Positions 13,743 through 28,385 of a stretch of 64,000 bases of DNA are shown piece by piece. The position numbers and the translations under genes are program-made. The notes under the pieces were generated by a model. That model saw only the letters and a list, made by a program, of their open reading frames with translations, was not told the DNA's origin and ran no database searches. The stretch comes from Rhizophagus irregularis (Eukaryota), in NCBI RefSeq assembly GCF_026210795.1, contig NC_089436.1:2666001-2730000 (forward strand), read 5' to 3'. Each line of letters starts with the position of its first letter. Positions within the stretch are counted from its first letter, which is position 1.

Positions 13743-16187
13743 TAGGGATGTTAACAGTTTATGATTGGATGGTTCGAACCGCAGTTTGATCATAGGACCG
13801 GTTTCAGTTCAGTTCAAACGTCAAACCAAACCGAGACCGAACCGATAGAAACCGGTTTAGTGAACCGGTTTTAGATCGGTTCAATTAACGGTTACGTGTA
13901 TCTGCACGCGTAACTTTTTACAATAAAAGAATAACGGATTTTACATTCTTACATTTTTTTATATCACCTTGCATTATTACAACTATGTCGGGAGTTTTTG
14001 AAAATGACGATAATAATTTATCAGATGATTCCTTAGCATCTGATGATGAAAGAATTATAAATAAGAAATTGTCAGCAGATGTTTGGGAGTTTTTTCAAAA
14101 AATTCAAGATGAGGAAAGTTGGTTAATTACAAACTATAAGTGTATTTTGTGTGCAAAACTTTATTCACCTGGTAATCCAACATCTACACTTTGACGTCAT
14201 TTAACTAAAAAACATCCATCACATTATAAAAAACCTGAAACCCGCCAAACTACTTTACGTTTTAAACCTTACTCTCCATCAAAATCTAAACCTATCACAG
14301 ATTCTTTGGTTGATTTTGTTGCAACTGATTTGCAACCTTTTACCATTGTTGAAAATCCTGAATTCAAATTATTAATTAATAAATTGAATCCCCACTATAT
14401 TTTACCTTGCAGACAAACCTTAAAGGAAAAATTCATAGAAAATTATAAAATGAGAAAAAATGTGTTAATTAATGAAGTCTCACAAATTAACTCAAAAATC
14501 TCTCTTACTACTGATATTTGGACTTCAGAAATCTCAAAAGATTGTTATCTTGGAGTAACAATGCATTATATTAACAACAATTGGGAATTAAAAAATCTCT
14601 TACTTGATTTAATTCCTGTAAATGGTTCTCATACAGCTGGGTTAATTACTAGCAAGCTTTTACAAATTCTTGAAGAGTTTAGTATCAGTAATAATATTCT
14701 TGCATTAACTACAGACAATGGAAGCAACATGATAGCATGTGGTAATCAACTAGCAACTGAATTAGATCAGGAGTTTAATAATATGGCTTTTACTCATTAC
14801 AGATGTGCTGCACATATTATAAATTTAGCAGTAAAAGCAGGAATGAGTCATGTTGGAAATGAAATCAAAAAACTTCGTCAATTTGTTGTTAAAATCAAGA
14901 ATTCACCATTATTTTTGGATAAATTATCAGAAATTTGTACCCTTAAAAAAGTTAAATTTCTTAAACCAATTTTAGATATAGACATTCGCTGGAATTCCAC
15001 ATATTTTATGATTAATAGACAAATCTTAATGCAGGGTGTTTCAGAATTACTTGCAACAACAAATGTTGAAGAACTTGGAGATTTATTTCCAACAATATCT
15101 GAATGGCGACATATTAAGGTATTTTTTATTTTATAAATTATTATTTATTTTATTTTATAATTATATATTTATTAATTATTATTTTTTTTTTTACAGGAAT
15201 TAGCAAAGGTATTAGAACCTATGTATGAAGCAACCAATTTATTATCATCATCAAAAAATCCTACACAAGGTGATATAAGATTGGTTTTTAATGGAATGTT
15301 TAAAAAATTGGATCATTATCAAAGAGGAAATCACCATACACAAAAGGCAATAGCATCAGCAATTTGTAATAAATTGAAAGCCTATTGGGACAAATATTTG
15401 AATCAATCTTCCATTACTTCTTCAATATTAGATCCACACTACAAAACCACATTATTTAGTCATAATGATATAACTGAAATTATTAGTAAATTACAAGAAT
15501 TATATTTGTCATATTTACCCTTAAATAATCAAACCATACCATCAGCACCAGCACGATCATCTCGTGATTATTTTCTTAATTTACTTAATCCAAATAATAT
15601 TCGTCAAGAAGTATCGCATGATGAATTAGATCAATACTTAAATTCTCCAGTAGATAGTAATACAGGTTCTTTAATTTGGTGGAAAACTTATGAAAAGGAT
15701 TACCCAGTACTATCCCAAATAGCTAAGGATTATTTAACAATCCAAGCAACGTCGGTTCCATCAGAAAGGGCATTTTCAATTTCGGGATTAACTATTTCAA
15801 AAACTAGAAATAGGTTAGATCCTGAAACGGCAAGGGCAATTATATGCATGAAAAATTGGATATCAGAAAAAGAAAGAATGGAAAATTGAATCAATACTTG
15901 CAATATGTCTTTTTTTTTCCTTTTTTTTTACATTATGTGAAATTTTGTTGGTAATTTTTTTTCTTATAATAAAAAATTTTTTGATGATATACGATATATT
16001 TAAATTCATGATCTGCATTACACAATTTTGTATAAAATACTATAAATATCCAGTCTAAACTTCGGTCTAAACTTCAGTCCAAACTTCGGTTCAAACTCTG
16101 GTTCTAAACCTATAACGGTTCGGTTTTGTACTCAAACCACCAGTTTTTGGACCGAAAACCGGATGGACCGAACCGTTAACATCCCTA
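13743..16187 (+). mobile_element. hAT DNA transposon, 2445 bp
   Basis: 17-bp TIRs TAGGGATGTTAAC(A/G)GTT; perfect 8-bp TSD ATCATAAC at 13735-13742 and 16188-16195; subterminal AACCG/CGGTT repeats; internal transposase gene. Confidence 0.97.
13985..15889 (+). pseudogene. hAT transposase (BED finger, DDE, dimerisation domain) with one in-frame stop
   Basis: CILC..TL*RHLTKKH BED finger with TGA at 14192-14194; the frame continues to TTDIWTS, TTDNGSN, RCAAHIINL and IRWNST. Intron 15119-15196, then WWK and ATSVPSERAFS. Confidence 0.93.
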
Positions 16188-18416
16188 ATCATAACCAATA
16201 AAAACAAACTTTCCTTATGTTGTGTACTGATTATTTTACATTCTTAGGGATACTACTTTTCTAGTAAAAAATAAAATAATTTTACATTCTTAAAAAAATG
16301 ACAAGAAAAAAACAAGGTACTATGAACTATTCACATTTCATAATATATTAACTGACCTCTTGACATTTATTCGATTAAAATATAGCTAAACACAAGGAAA
16401 ACAAACTAATAAAAAAGGTAGCGTGGAGTGAAGAAGTTGAGGTAAGCATTTTTCTCCAGTTGCGAAAGAAAACACGTATTTAATAATATTTAATCTAACC
16501 TTTCATCTTTTATAATACAGGAGCATCGCAAGAAGCTCATTGAATGTGTAGAGAGATATGCTAAAGCTCAACAAGAAGTTCTATCTATTCCGGGTACCTC
16601 AGTCATCGAAGATATCCAATATGCGATGTCTCTTCTATACGAGGAATATAGGGCCAATACCTGGCCCGATAGATTCGAGCACAAATATGATTTATCACTT
16701 GCAGAATCTCCAACAAAGTAAGATCAATTGTCTTTTTATTTTGTCTTCTTACTTTTACTTTAATTTTGCATACCTACTAGGGAAGCTTTAGTTGCGGGCA
16801 GAATCCTGGAAGAATATTCAGACTTAACAACAGTTTTACATCGAGATCTTAATTACGATATATACTGGGCCGTTAATGAAACTGGAGAAATTCTTGATAA
16901 GGCTATAGGATATGATAATCATCTTGAAGAAAGCGACTCTATGGAAGGTTTGTACACCAAAAAAGTGTATATTTATCGACTCTAACACTAAAATAACATA
17001 CTAACAAAGCTATTATATCAACAATTAGTTGATGATAAATAAGTCTATGGTGCTTATACGTCATCACCCGTACCTCCACAACCATAATATAATAATATAA
17101 GGATGTTGAAAGAAGTACAAATACTATTTTTAACTCGTAATTGAATAAATAAAAATTAATTGCGATTTGTGTAGTTTTTTTACTAGTGTATTCCTGTATA
17201 TAGTGTTTGTATAATAATATTTCTTGATTCAGATTTTTCATTGCACATTGTATTGTGATAAATGCGCACTACAGGAGAACTATTAATTCAATGAATAAAG
17301 TCAAAAGAAGTGCACCCTTATGATGAACCGCAATATTAAGAAGTCATTTTTTTATTCATTTTTTTTCTTAGCCGGCTGGGTCCTTTCTCATGTATTATTT
17401 TACAAAAATATAATAATAAAGACTTTACTTCGATTTTTTAAGATGCGTGTTTACAAATGATATTAATTATTACATTTACTACTAACATAGCTTCTTAAAT
17501 TTATAGTTATAAAAAATAATAGCTAAGTTTATATTAGCAAATGGTGCTATTTTGAATGAAATGCGTATAAGATCATATTAGTAAAATTCAGGAAGAAATA
17601 TGATATTGTATCTTGCAATACCTTTATTAATATTTGCGAATTTCATCGTTGTCGCGCTATCTGTAGTCTGTGAAGGATTTGTAATAATTCTGAGCGGGAT
17701 CGCAGAAACAAAAAGATATCAAACTTTTATAGGTGACATAAATTCGGCACCTGTTTCTTCACCATCTGTGTCATTATTATTACTATCATCAAGTTGGGTA
17801 GTCTGCCTAGACTACCTATGATCTGTATGTGAAATATTTGTAAAATTTCCGTTGTTGATTGTTTTAATATTCCGAATATTCTCATAAAAGTTGACTGAAG
17901 GTCCAGTTTTGTTTCCAGAAGTACGATCTTTCTCTCAATCTTTGACACAAGTACGATCTTAGTATGCAAACTTTAGTAAATTATATTCCTAACTTTCTTA
18001 TAATTTCTCTTATTCCCATCAGGTCGACTTTATATCTTGAACGTCAGGCAAATTTAAAATTCGCCCGCGCCCCATGGGCTCAGTATCAGGTCGACTTTAA
18101 ATCTTACCTTAAAAGTTTGAATGACAGAAATCTTAAAAATCCCTGCCACGCCACCAATCCCTTATCCTATCTATATCTATCGAACAAATATTGTGCTTGT
18201 TCTTTCCTTCGTCTTCCGTCACATTTGACTATTATTTCGAGAGACGTGATATTAAGGCCTATTTTCTGACTGTATTGTTTCTGATCGCACTCTTCCATAA
18301 AGTCCCAAGATATCTCATTCTATTGACTTTTGATCGAAATAATTGTCTATAGACATTATTAAAACGAAAAATTATTGAGCAAGAGCGATTTAGTAAAACA
18401 AGAAGTAAAACACGAT

Positions 18417-18991
18417 CACTGCGGCAAAAATTACCTTCTTGACCCTTCTCGCATTACTTTCTTGACCCAGTCAAAATATGCATGATTATGTATGACAAAA
18501 ATGTTCCTTTCTTGACCTGAAATGCGATCGATATGTGATAAACAAAAAAGAAATATTTTATTTTTATTTATATTTAACAAAAATAGCATAAATAGCATGC
18601 AATCTGTCTTTTGCGAGTTGCGAGCATGGTCAATACTTTTTTATTTCTACAATATTGATAAAATTAAAATAATTTTATTTTATTTACAAAAGATAGCTGA
18701 TAAATAGATTACATTTAAGAGAAATACATTAATTAGGTAATAAATACTAGCATAAAACTAAATATTAAAATAAAAAAAAAAATAATAAATTATTTTGTCA
18801 TTAATCATTAATGATAAAAAAATTTTTAAAATCTCTTTGTGTATATCTCTTGAAAAATTATGAAAATAAGAAAAATAACAACGCGTTAATGTTTTTTTGC
18901 AAGAACATTTTTGTCATACATAATCATGCATATTTTGATCAAGTCAAGAAAGTAATACGAGGAGGTCAAGAAAGTAATTTTTGCATCACTG
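18417..18991. mobile_element. MITE-like non-autonomous DNA element
   Basis: ~50-bp imperfect TIRs, CACTGCGGCAAAAATTACCTTCTTGACC versus CAGTGATGCAAAAATTACTTTCTTGACC (reverse complement), with repeated TTCTTGAC. No clear TSD. Confidence 0.65.
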
Positions 18992-20367
18992 CGTATAAAA
19001 AGCATATGACTACGTAACCAAAAAGTTACGGTCACGTGATATTTGATTGTGCTACGTTATCTACGTATACACTTGCCGATAAAAATTTGTATTACGATAT
19101 TGATTCGTTTATTTTTATTATTTTTTATATTTTTATGTGGGATACATCTTAGAATTGGTACGTTACACGTAAGTTCATTTGTTATATTTCAGCTTGGATG
19201 CATATACAGCTTCTAATACTGCACTTCTTTACAATCAGATGTAATGTTAGGCAAAAAAAATTCCGCAATGAAAAAACACCGAAAGGGACATAGATATGTT
19301 CATCAAAAGACACGTCTTAAAATATTTTAGATACCCATTTGTATGTTTTATTATCATCATCCCTAAGTACTTTTCATTATTAATAATACTGATTATTTCT
19401 CAAATAAGTGGAGCTGTACATACATAAAATTTACCCGCCAAAAAAAAAAAAAAAAAAAAAAAAAATAACGGAGTCTCTGATTGGTTTTCTAATGTTATCG
19501 GAAATCTTGGAGATGAACAACAGACAACTTTCTTGAAGATTCTTATTACGGAACAATTATCTAAACTATTTATGAATCAATGCTCAACTTTCGATATAAT
19601 TTCATTGTCAGACATACCCTACGAAACTGAGAGATGGTTTCTAGGTCATCTCGAGATCGACGAAGTGAAGCAACAGATGCCCCGGTTAAGGTTGAAGGGT
19701 TTCACCTAGACTGGATGTTCACGGTATAACTAATCTTTATGAAGTTTTCATATTTTTTGTTTTATTACTAAGTATTAACAGATTCCTACATATAGAAACA
19801 TGATCTTGGAAAAGATATTTCACATGACCGAGAATTTTCCCTATATGAGCGTGCAGGATAATGGCACCAAGAATTTTTCAGACATTTCTTTATAAAAACA
19901 CTCAGAGGTATGCACAGAAACCTAGTCAAAAGCAATTGCTATCGAAAATAGAGGAGCACTTTCAAAACAAGTTTTAAATGTTTGTAATAAATTAATTATG
20001 CCTGGTTTCGTATCATCGTGGTTCTACCTTCATGCTGTTCTTATAATATATGTAGGAGGCGGATTCTACACATCAATTGAGTTGAAAAGTTCGATATCCC
20101 TACTTCGTATGATGAAATTTGGAAGCTAACTAAAATTACACGTATTATGTTGCAAATTAAGGTTGGTAATATCCAATCCCAATTTAAACTTAAGATTTAC
20201 TTACACTCACTTCATTTTTTTTTTCACTTGACATGCATAAATTGTTGCGTTCTACAGTTTCTCGATTCGAACGTATAATGGAAAGAGCTGAAAAAGAAAA
20301 GTTTATTCCCGGAAAGTAACAATTATCAAACAAAGAAATCCCGCACACCAAAAAAAACCGAGGTATA

Positions 20368-20952
20368 CGGACTTTTCGCCGAAGCCCATTTCACCGAAGG
20401 GACGTTTAACCGAAAGGACATTTCGCCAAAAGTATATTTTATCGAATCCATTTCACCGAATCGTCCATTTCACCAAATGGACATTTCGTTCGAAAATGGT
20501 AGCGATTAACATTTTTATAAAAAATATTCATAGCGCAATGAAAATAAAAATTGAATTAATTTTAGAGATTTTTTTTATTATTACTTATTACTTCAACATT
20601 CAAGTAACTGATATTAATTGTTAAGCAATAAATAAATAACTTTATTTTCCTGAAAACATTTATTCACGAAAAATAAGTAAAAAAAAAGATTAATGTATAT
20701 TACAGTATAAACAACGAGATAAATTTGATAAGAAATCAGTTAATTCAAAATTTATCTAGAAATTTCTTTATGTATTTATTATAAAAAGAAATAAAATAAC
20801 TGCGAAATGTCAATTCGACAAAATGGCTTCTGCGAAATGGGTATTTCGACGAAACGTCCTTTTGGTGAAATATCACTTTAGTGAAACATCCCTTCAGTGA
20901 AATGGCTTCGGCGAAATGGGTTTCGGTGGAATATACTTCAGCAAAAAGTTCT
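20368..20952. mobile_element. MITE-like element with inverted subterminal repeat arrays
   Basis: CATTTCRCCGAA-type repeats at 20370-20495 are mirrored by TTCGGYGAAATG-type repeats at 20800-20950 around an AT-rich core. Ends approximate. Confidence 0.7.
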
Positions 20953-21950
20953 TTAAGCACTATGAACAAATTATATTTATACATTTCATTGCGGTTAAGT
21001 AAAACTATGATTTAAATTAGAGGTTTATATCATAATTTTTTTATTAAATAAAAAAATTACGAAAGTGTGACAAAATATTAATTAATGTCGGATATTTTAT
21101 ATTTAAGATAAATAATAAATAGTCATTTACAATTTTTGCTTTTCAAAGATTTACTTCAAACGCAATTGAAAATAATTTTTCTAAGAAACATTATATAGTA
21201 TGCAATAAAATGCTAACTGATGAGATTTAAATTATTTGAGAAATTTTTTACATTAAAATTAGAATTTCCATAGTTCAATTTAAATAATATGATCCATGAT
21301 AGTAATTACATTTAATTAATGACAAAGTGTTTCGGCCTTAAAATATAAAATATATTTTTGTAAAGACAAAAAGGAAGGGGATAATAAACTATAAAGAAAA
21401 GAAAGATACAAGTAAATTTATTTGGTTACTTCACTGGGAAATGGGGAATAATGAAAGATTAAATAGTTTTTGGATAAAGTGACTTTTTATAAATTTGTAA
21501 TTGTTAGTCAGAGTATAAATATTACGTCATAATCTCAATAGTTAGGTTAAAAGCAAATAAACAAACCAAATAGACTGATGACGCATAAATTTTTCTGTTA
21601 ATATTCCAAGTTCCAACTAATAAAACATAACTCTTCCCTTTATATTATTTAAATTTTCAAAATATAAATTTAATAATTACTTGTAAATAAATTATTCTAA
21701 AGAATAAAAACAAATTATTGAAATCAACAATTTGTATATAATAATCTAATTTATGTCAATTTCTTTTTTAGATTATACTACAATAGATAATAATACAAAT
21801 TAATATATTGTTATTACTGTACATTGCTTCTAAAAAAAAATATTAGGTTTTTTAATCCATAATTATTTATATTTGATACAATGTACTATCTAAATTGTAA
21901 ATCGTCTTGTTCAATTTGAAAAAACATTTTTTTTTCTTGTATTATTTTTT

Positions 21951-22839
21951 CTAATTACTATTTTCTTGTTTTTGTTCAATTTGATAAATATACCATAATT
22001 TATTAAAAACATCTTCTAATTCTCTACCTGAAATATAAATGTCACTTTCATCATCATTAGATATAAAACAATTATCAAACATTAAATGAATATCTTTCTT
22101 AAACTCCTCTGCATTTAAATATTGATTATTTTCTAATTTTAAATTAATAGTAAATAAATCTATTGGTTGATTTATTGTAACATTAAAATAATTTGAATTA
22201 ATATATTTATAAAATGGATAAGCATGAGGATCATTTTCAAGTTCATAAAGAATATCATAACAAAATAATAAATCTGGTTTAATATTATCTTTAGTATTAG
22301 TTTTCTTGATTGTATTTTTTTTGTATATTGCACCAGGTATTAAATTGTCTTTTCTATATTGTTTGATTACTTCACACCAATATGCTTGAAAATATTTTTC
22401 ATGTTGTAAACGTTCTGTGTTTATCTAGTAATTTATAAAAAAAAAGATTGTTAATAGTGTTTTAAAAAAAAGGTCTATATAAGGTTTATCATTTATTTAA
22501 ACATACCTTTTCTTTTAAAACATCAAATGTACTCATTTTTAATATTATTTTATTTATCATCAAAAATTTTGCTTCTTCCAAAAATTTAATTGCCCAATAA
22601 TCATCAAAGGTTTTCCAGTTTGAGAATGGTAAAGATGAAATAAATGATAATGATGAAATAAAAATAATATCGTGGTGTTTGATTAAGAATTCTCGATATG
22701 ATAAATTAAATCTGTTGTATGTCAAATATCTGGTAAGATCTAAAAGTCAAAAGATGATTTATGTAAGAAACTGAAAAAGAAGAAAAAATTACAATTATTT
22801 GTTATAAACTTTACATTCTTTGCCAAGATATAAACTCAT
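21951..22839 (-). CDS. Bromodomain-containing protein (3 exons)
   Basis: My translation of exon 22424-21951 (absent from the ORF track): CYDILYELENDPHAYPFYK..QPIDLFTINLKLENNQYLNAEEFKKDIHLMFDNCFISNDDESDIY..LEDVFNKLW. Intron 22425-22506; upstream exon overlaps ORF 22489-22725; probable ATG at 22839. Confidence 0.75.
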
Positions 22840-23836
22840 GTTTGTAATAAATGTTTATAAATGTTTATTGAATGCCAGAGACAATAAATGGTTCAGAGCT
22901 GTGATTGTATAAATGAAATTTATACAATATATAATTTATACAATATATCAGAGAGGAATGTCAGAGATGTCAGAGAAGAGACTATGCTAAAAAAAAATTC
23001 TTAAAATTTTGTAAAATTGAGGGCCCTTAAATAAAAAAAATTTTCTTTGTAGACAATATGACTCATTAATGTGAAGAATTATAGCATGAAAAAATTAAGC
23101 CATGTTTGGTAAATGACTCAACTTTACCACTTCAGCCTGACCCATTATCCCATTATTCCAAAAACGATGACTCATAATCATTTGATTGTAATGTAATCAT
23201 ACTGCTTACATGCATGAAAAATCTGTACTTGTAGGTTTTAAGAATTTAATAAAGTAACAAGAATTTTTTCAATTTCTAAGATTATAAGTAAACTTTTGAA
23301 ACAAAAGAGATTTAAATATGTGTCAAATATTTTAGTTGATAAAGATTCGATGTTCCTTAAATATAAATATATGTTTGGTTTTAATATGTGAGTTTTAGAA
23401 TTGTTATAAAATTCATATTTTTTTGCACTGACATTGGATATTTTATTATCGAAAATAAAAAAAATTCATAAAAGAATAATTGGATCTATTTAGTTCGTAA
23501 ATCAAACTGATAATATTTGTACTATAACAAATGAAAAGTCTTTTTTTTTATTTCATTAAAAAATGAACATTTCTCATTTATTTACGATTTAATTAAATTA
23601 CTTGTATTTTTACTATCCTTTTACATCGTTTTATTTAAATAATTGTAATTTATATAAATAGAAAAAAGAAATTAAGTAAGGAGGAAATATTTAAAATATT
23701 AAAGTATATCACAAAATTTATTTGTTTATTTATTTATTTTTTATGATAAAATATTTTAACTCGACTTAGCTAGATAATAAGAATATCTACAGATATATTA
23801 TAAACTAACAATTTTTTGGACAAGTCGGGTGTTACT

Positions 23837-24235
23837 ATATTCTACGCCATACATAATATATAGGACATCGTTTCTTTTTTCACTCTAAAGAAAATAACTT
23901 TCTACGATGTTTACTCTTTTACGATAATATCATGAATAATTAGTAATACGAATGGAAAATTTCAGCTCAAGGCTAAGGGCGGGATAAGTCACCAATGTCA
24001 ATACTTCATGTAATACTCCCTGACACAAAAATATCCAGTCATAACTACGCTACAAAGATTATGCCAGATTTGATAGGGAATTCCATATGGATCGAACTCT
24101 AAACAAAATAGATTTTCTCATCTCTTCCAGCATGTGACGTCTGTGACGATGTTACAACAATAAAACCTTAAACAGCACTTCGGATTTAATACCGGTTTCC
24201 GTTTCCTATATACAGTATGTAGTGGCGTAGTATAT
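23837..24235. mobile_element. Possible MITE
   Basis: ~30-bp imperfect inverted repeat: atattctacgccatacataatatatagga (23837-23865) versus tcctatatacagtatgtagtggcgtagtatat (24204-24235). Confidence 0.4.
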
Positions 24236-24444
24236 CGAAATCAACATAATCAATAAACATCTTCATGCATTTTCTAATAATTTCAATTCTTGAAATTGCT
24301 ACATATTTGAAAAGCTTTTATTATTTATACTTAAAAAAAAAACAATAATAAGTTCCAATAGGTCTTTGATTGCAATAAAAAAGCTTTATTATGCAATTTA
24401 TAACATTACAGTAAATATCAAGTATGATTTACATTTATATACTC

Positions 24445-25800
24445 TTAACAAATTTCTTTAATCAGTACACTTTCACTTTTCTTTAATACACGCTCAAAAC
24501 AATATTCTATCGAACGGGATTGAAAAGTGACGGTACTATTTTCTGGATGATAAGTGAAAATATTTTTCTCTGGGATATCATCTGCTTCATCTACTTCTAT
24601 GGGATTATTGAAAAATCTCTCATGTGCAGTACGGGTAAGCTTTTTTGAATTAAGCAAACCATTAATGACTCATTCTCCTGTTTCATAATATTCATACCTT
24701 CAAATCGTGACCTTCAAGAAGCTTTGCGGTTCTCAATTTGTCTAAAACTTTCATTAAGATTTCCTGTTCTATAACTGCAGAAATAGAATTTGTAAGAAGA
24801 AATCAAAAGCGAAAGCTCATAAATTTTTTGGATGCAAAAATACTTTCAAAAGTTTGTCCATTTAGGAAATCATCTGTTACAGACTTTTCAGTTCTATAAT
24901 ACGACCAACTAAATTGTATAGCTTTCTTGACTCTTCTGCATTGATATTGCATTTTGCTGTTAAATATTTTATTGATCAAGATCACCGATTTCCACCACTG
25001 TTTAGCACGTGACCAAGAACTTTGTGCTAGATAGAAATAAGAATATTGATCAAACAAATGTACTTATAAATTTATGAATTAAAGAAAAGATACTTACATT
25101 GCATTTTTTTAGGGACTTTTCCTTCACTACTTACGAATACAGCAATATAATTTCGTTTATCTGCATTATCCTTATCATCTTTTTGAAGTATATCTAGAAC
25201 TTAAAGAATTTTTATGAACTAATCGGCCAACATTATCATAAATAATAATTGCATTTCTTTTTGTATTTTCTAAGACCACGCTTAAATGCTTCAACCAACG
25301 TGGATAAGTAAACTTCTCTATAAAGGGAAATTAGGGTTAAAACATTTGTTCTCAGCTATAAACAGTAAAAATCAACTTACCAGTATGACCCACAATATTC
25401 CGTTTCAATAGTGCCGTGAAGGAAACACATTTCTCGAATGAAAAATCAATAGCTTTTGCAAATTCCTCGGCAAATTTCTCAATGTTTGCAGGAACTCCCA
25501 TTCCACCTTGTGTACCTTTGTCATCCTGTCCTACTTCGTTTGACGCTATTTTAATTAATATAGTCTTCCCAGTTCCGTGTTCACCAGATACCACATGATA
25601 GAATGATTGATCTTCATTAGGTTGGAGAATTCCCTTAAGGAGTTTCATAATTTTAGGTCGGGAAACAAGCTTATCACTTGAAATTTCAACTTAGGGCGGG
25701 TTCCGTTATTGAAAAGATACTCATTATACTTGTTTCGAAGCCAAGCGTATAGGATATCCCAAATATAAATATGCCAAGGACGGATATCATCATAATTGAG
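24445..25800 (-). pseudogene. Degraded P-loop/AAA ATPase gene
   Basis: Walker A VVSGEHGTGKT, Walker-B-like IIYDNV, DNADKRNYIAVFVSSEG and C-terminal TVTFQSRS, spread over several frames with stops. Confidence 0.7.
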
Positions 25801-28385
25801 GTGGATATGTATCCTTCGGAGGAGGTATGAGGAGAAAGTGAAAAAATTAGATTGTTTCGAGAAATGAAAATAAAAAAAAAGTGTAACGTTAAAAATATAG
25901 ATATAAATACTGTAAATATACAAATATGGTTTGTTTACATTGTAATCGATGGTTAATGAAATGAAAGATCTGAACTATTTTGGAGGAAGACATTAATAAA
26001 GAATTTAATGGTTTAATTACGTTGTATTTAAAAGTAGTAATGTAATGATTGATTTTAAAAAGATAATTTAACGGATTGAATTAACATTGAATTTAAAAAA
26101 GTTTTGAGAAATTTTGAGAGTATATATTTATAAACCTTTTTGAATAAATCGTATAGACTCTTGCATGTATTTTTATTGAATCATTTTTTAATTATTTAAT
26201 TATTCTTTCTTTATATAAAAAGGGGAGTGATTAACCTAGTAAAAATTTTAACAAATAATAGATTTTTAACAATCATTAAAGATTCCAACAATCGAAAATT
26301 CACAACATTAAAGATTTTTAATATGTGTATACTATACTTATCTTTATTTTTTAAACAAGGAGAGAAATGAGTTAAACAAAATATTATAATAATTTTCATA
26401 TGATTTATCATATATACGCATATCCCTTTTTTAAAAAAATATATGTACTGTATATATATATATATGATGACTAGCCGTCAATTGTTCAGCGAAAAAAAAT
26501 ATATTTTTTTAGACTATTAGACTGTTTTGTTTCGTGTAACACGTAGACTTTGAACAACAATAAATTTTACGCTATAACAATAATGTAGTTAATAATACTT
26601 AATATATTTAATTATGTAATTGTCTAAATAATCGATTGTGATCCCGAACTAGGGATATATAATAACAAAATTTGACCAATTTGGACCTCTAATAATGATT
26701 AAAGAATAAAAGCCACGCGTAAATAAAATCACAACCGATAGTACGAGAAGTTTTATGATTTTAGGGTTTAAATCATTATGCAATAAATTTTTAATTTTTT
26801 TTTTAAAGTATGATACAACAATTATTTATGAAAAACATTTATGCAACAATAATTCTGCTCAGAAAAAACAATACAGCGACTTAGTGGAAAATATCGTTAT
26901 GGTTTTATAATCTGTATTATAAAGTATACACACACAAAACGAATACGGAACCAGATCAACCGTACGAGCGCTAAACTCCTTTTTTCGCATAAATTTTTAA
27001 TCTTTAGAATGTCTAGAAGAGTTTATTTATTTTTTTTTGTAATCAATATAATAGTCGTTATATATAATTTTGCTTAAAAATAGGGGTAATTTAAATAAAT
27101 TTAAATATCAGTAAGATAATTTTTGCAGATTTCCAATTATTTTATCATTTTCTTTTTTTTCATCAATTTAACAAATTCTACTAAGTTAAAATGAGAAGTA
27201 AATTTCTTTTTTACAATTTATGTTGTTTTTTACGAAAATTTTAAATCTAAAAGACCAAAACTAGAAAATGATTCCCATTTTTATTCTTAAAGTTAGTTTC
27301 ATCTAGTTTCATCTTACATATTTATTGAAGATAGAAAGTGTTGAACAGAAAATGTAATATATTGCGGGTTGATAATAAGTATTTACATTAGTACTTTCTT
27401 AAATACTCGATTTTATTTTTAATATATAGAAGAGTAAATATGAAAAACCACAAAAAAATAAGCTAAAAGAATCTAAAATTAACCTGTATTAATATAACCT
27501 ATTAAACAATTAAAACGATAACCCACTAAAGGGACCACTCTAAGGAATGAACTTCAGGATTAATGACCGCCGATCACCATGTTCAAAAATTTTTAGGATG
27601 AAAAAATAGGTGGTGGAATTCATAAAGTATATAGAAGGCAACGTTTTAACGCATTTCGACACTTGGAGTAGAATGGATAGTGATTATATAGATTAGTCGT
27701 TTGGGTTTAAGACAAGGTTATGTATAGAGGAGGGTAGCTTCTTGTAGTTCGACTTTAGGTAGTCACAAAAAAGTAGCTATTTGTAATCTTATTAGTCAGA
27801 TTGTGATGGTGCTGCTAACCTTTTTTTTTCCGTAGATAGGATTTGGGTTTAATCTATATGTGATACAATTGGAATAATGCGGGAACGTATATATAAAACA
27901 TATAAGTCGTGTTTGGACATTTTTTGATACTGTAATAATTTACGGAATTTCTCATCATTACGGGTGTACAATTGCAAAGCTTAAGGAGTATCGACCTATT
28001 GAACTATACATGGATCCTGATTTCAACCAGGAGCTTGCACATCGTTCACAGTATTTAAATTGAAATAATTTAAATGACTTCAAAGAAATAAATAAACAAA
28101 TTCATATGGCTGCTTATTTTATTTATCAAATGATAATATAAATTTTAAACCCTATAAACATTTAAAAACATTATTACTTATGATATTGAATTGCCAATTA
28201 AAAATTATTTTTAAACCACAATGTCATTAGACAATAAACAAAATATTTATTATTTACTATAAAAATGTTAAAATAAAAACAATAGAATAGAATGAATAAA
28301 GTGACATCTTAATATCTATTAAAATATAAAATATATACTCAGTTAGCTATCTATCAAGTTATTAATAATCATAAAAGTTTAATCA

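Noticed and set aside
16300..17000. Coding-like fragments with possible introns
   Set aside because: Many stops and shifts; no family recognised.
17560..18330. Possible retroelement remnant on the minus strand (likewise ~27500-28050 on the plus strand)
   Set aside because: Too degraded; no RT or endonuclease motif visible.
19200..20340. Degraded multi-exon gene with a long poly-A run near 19440-19465
   Set aside because: No frame could be reconstructed reliably, and no TSD supports a retrocopy.
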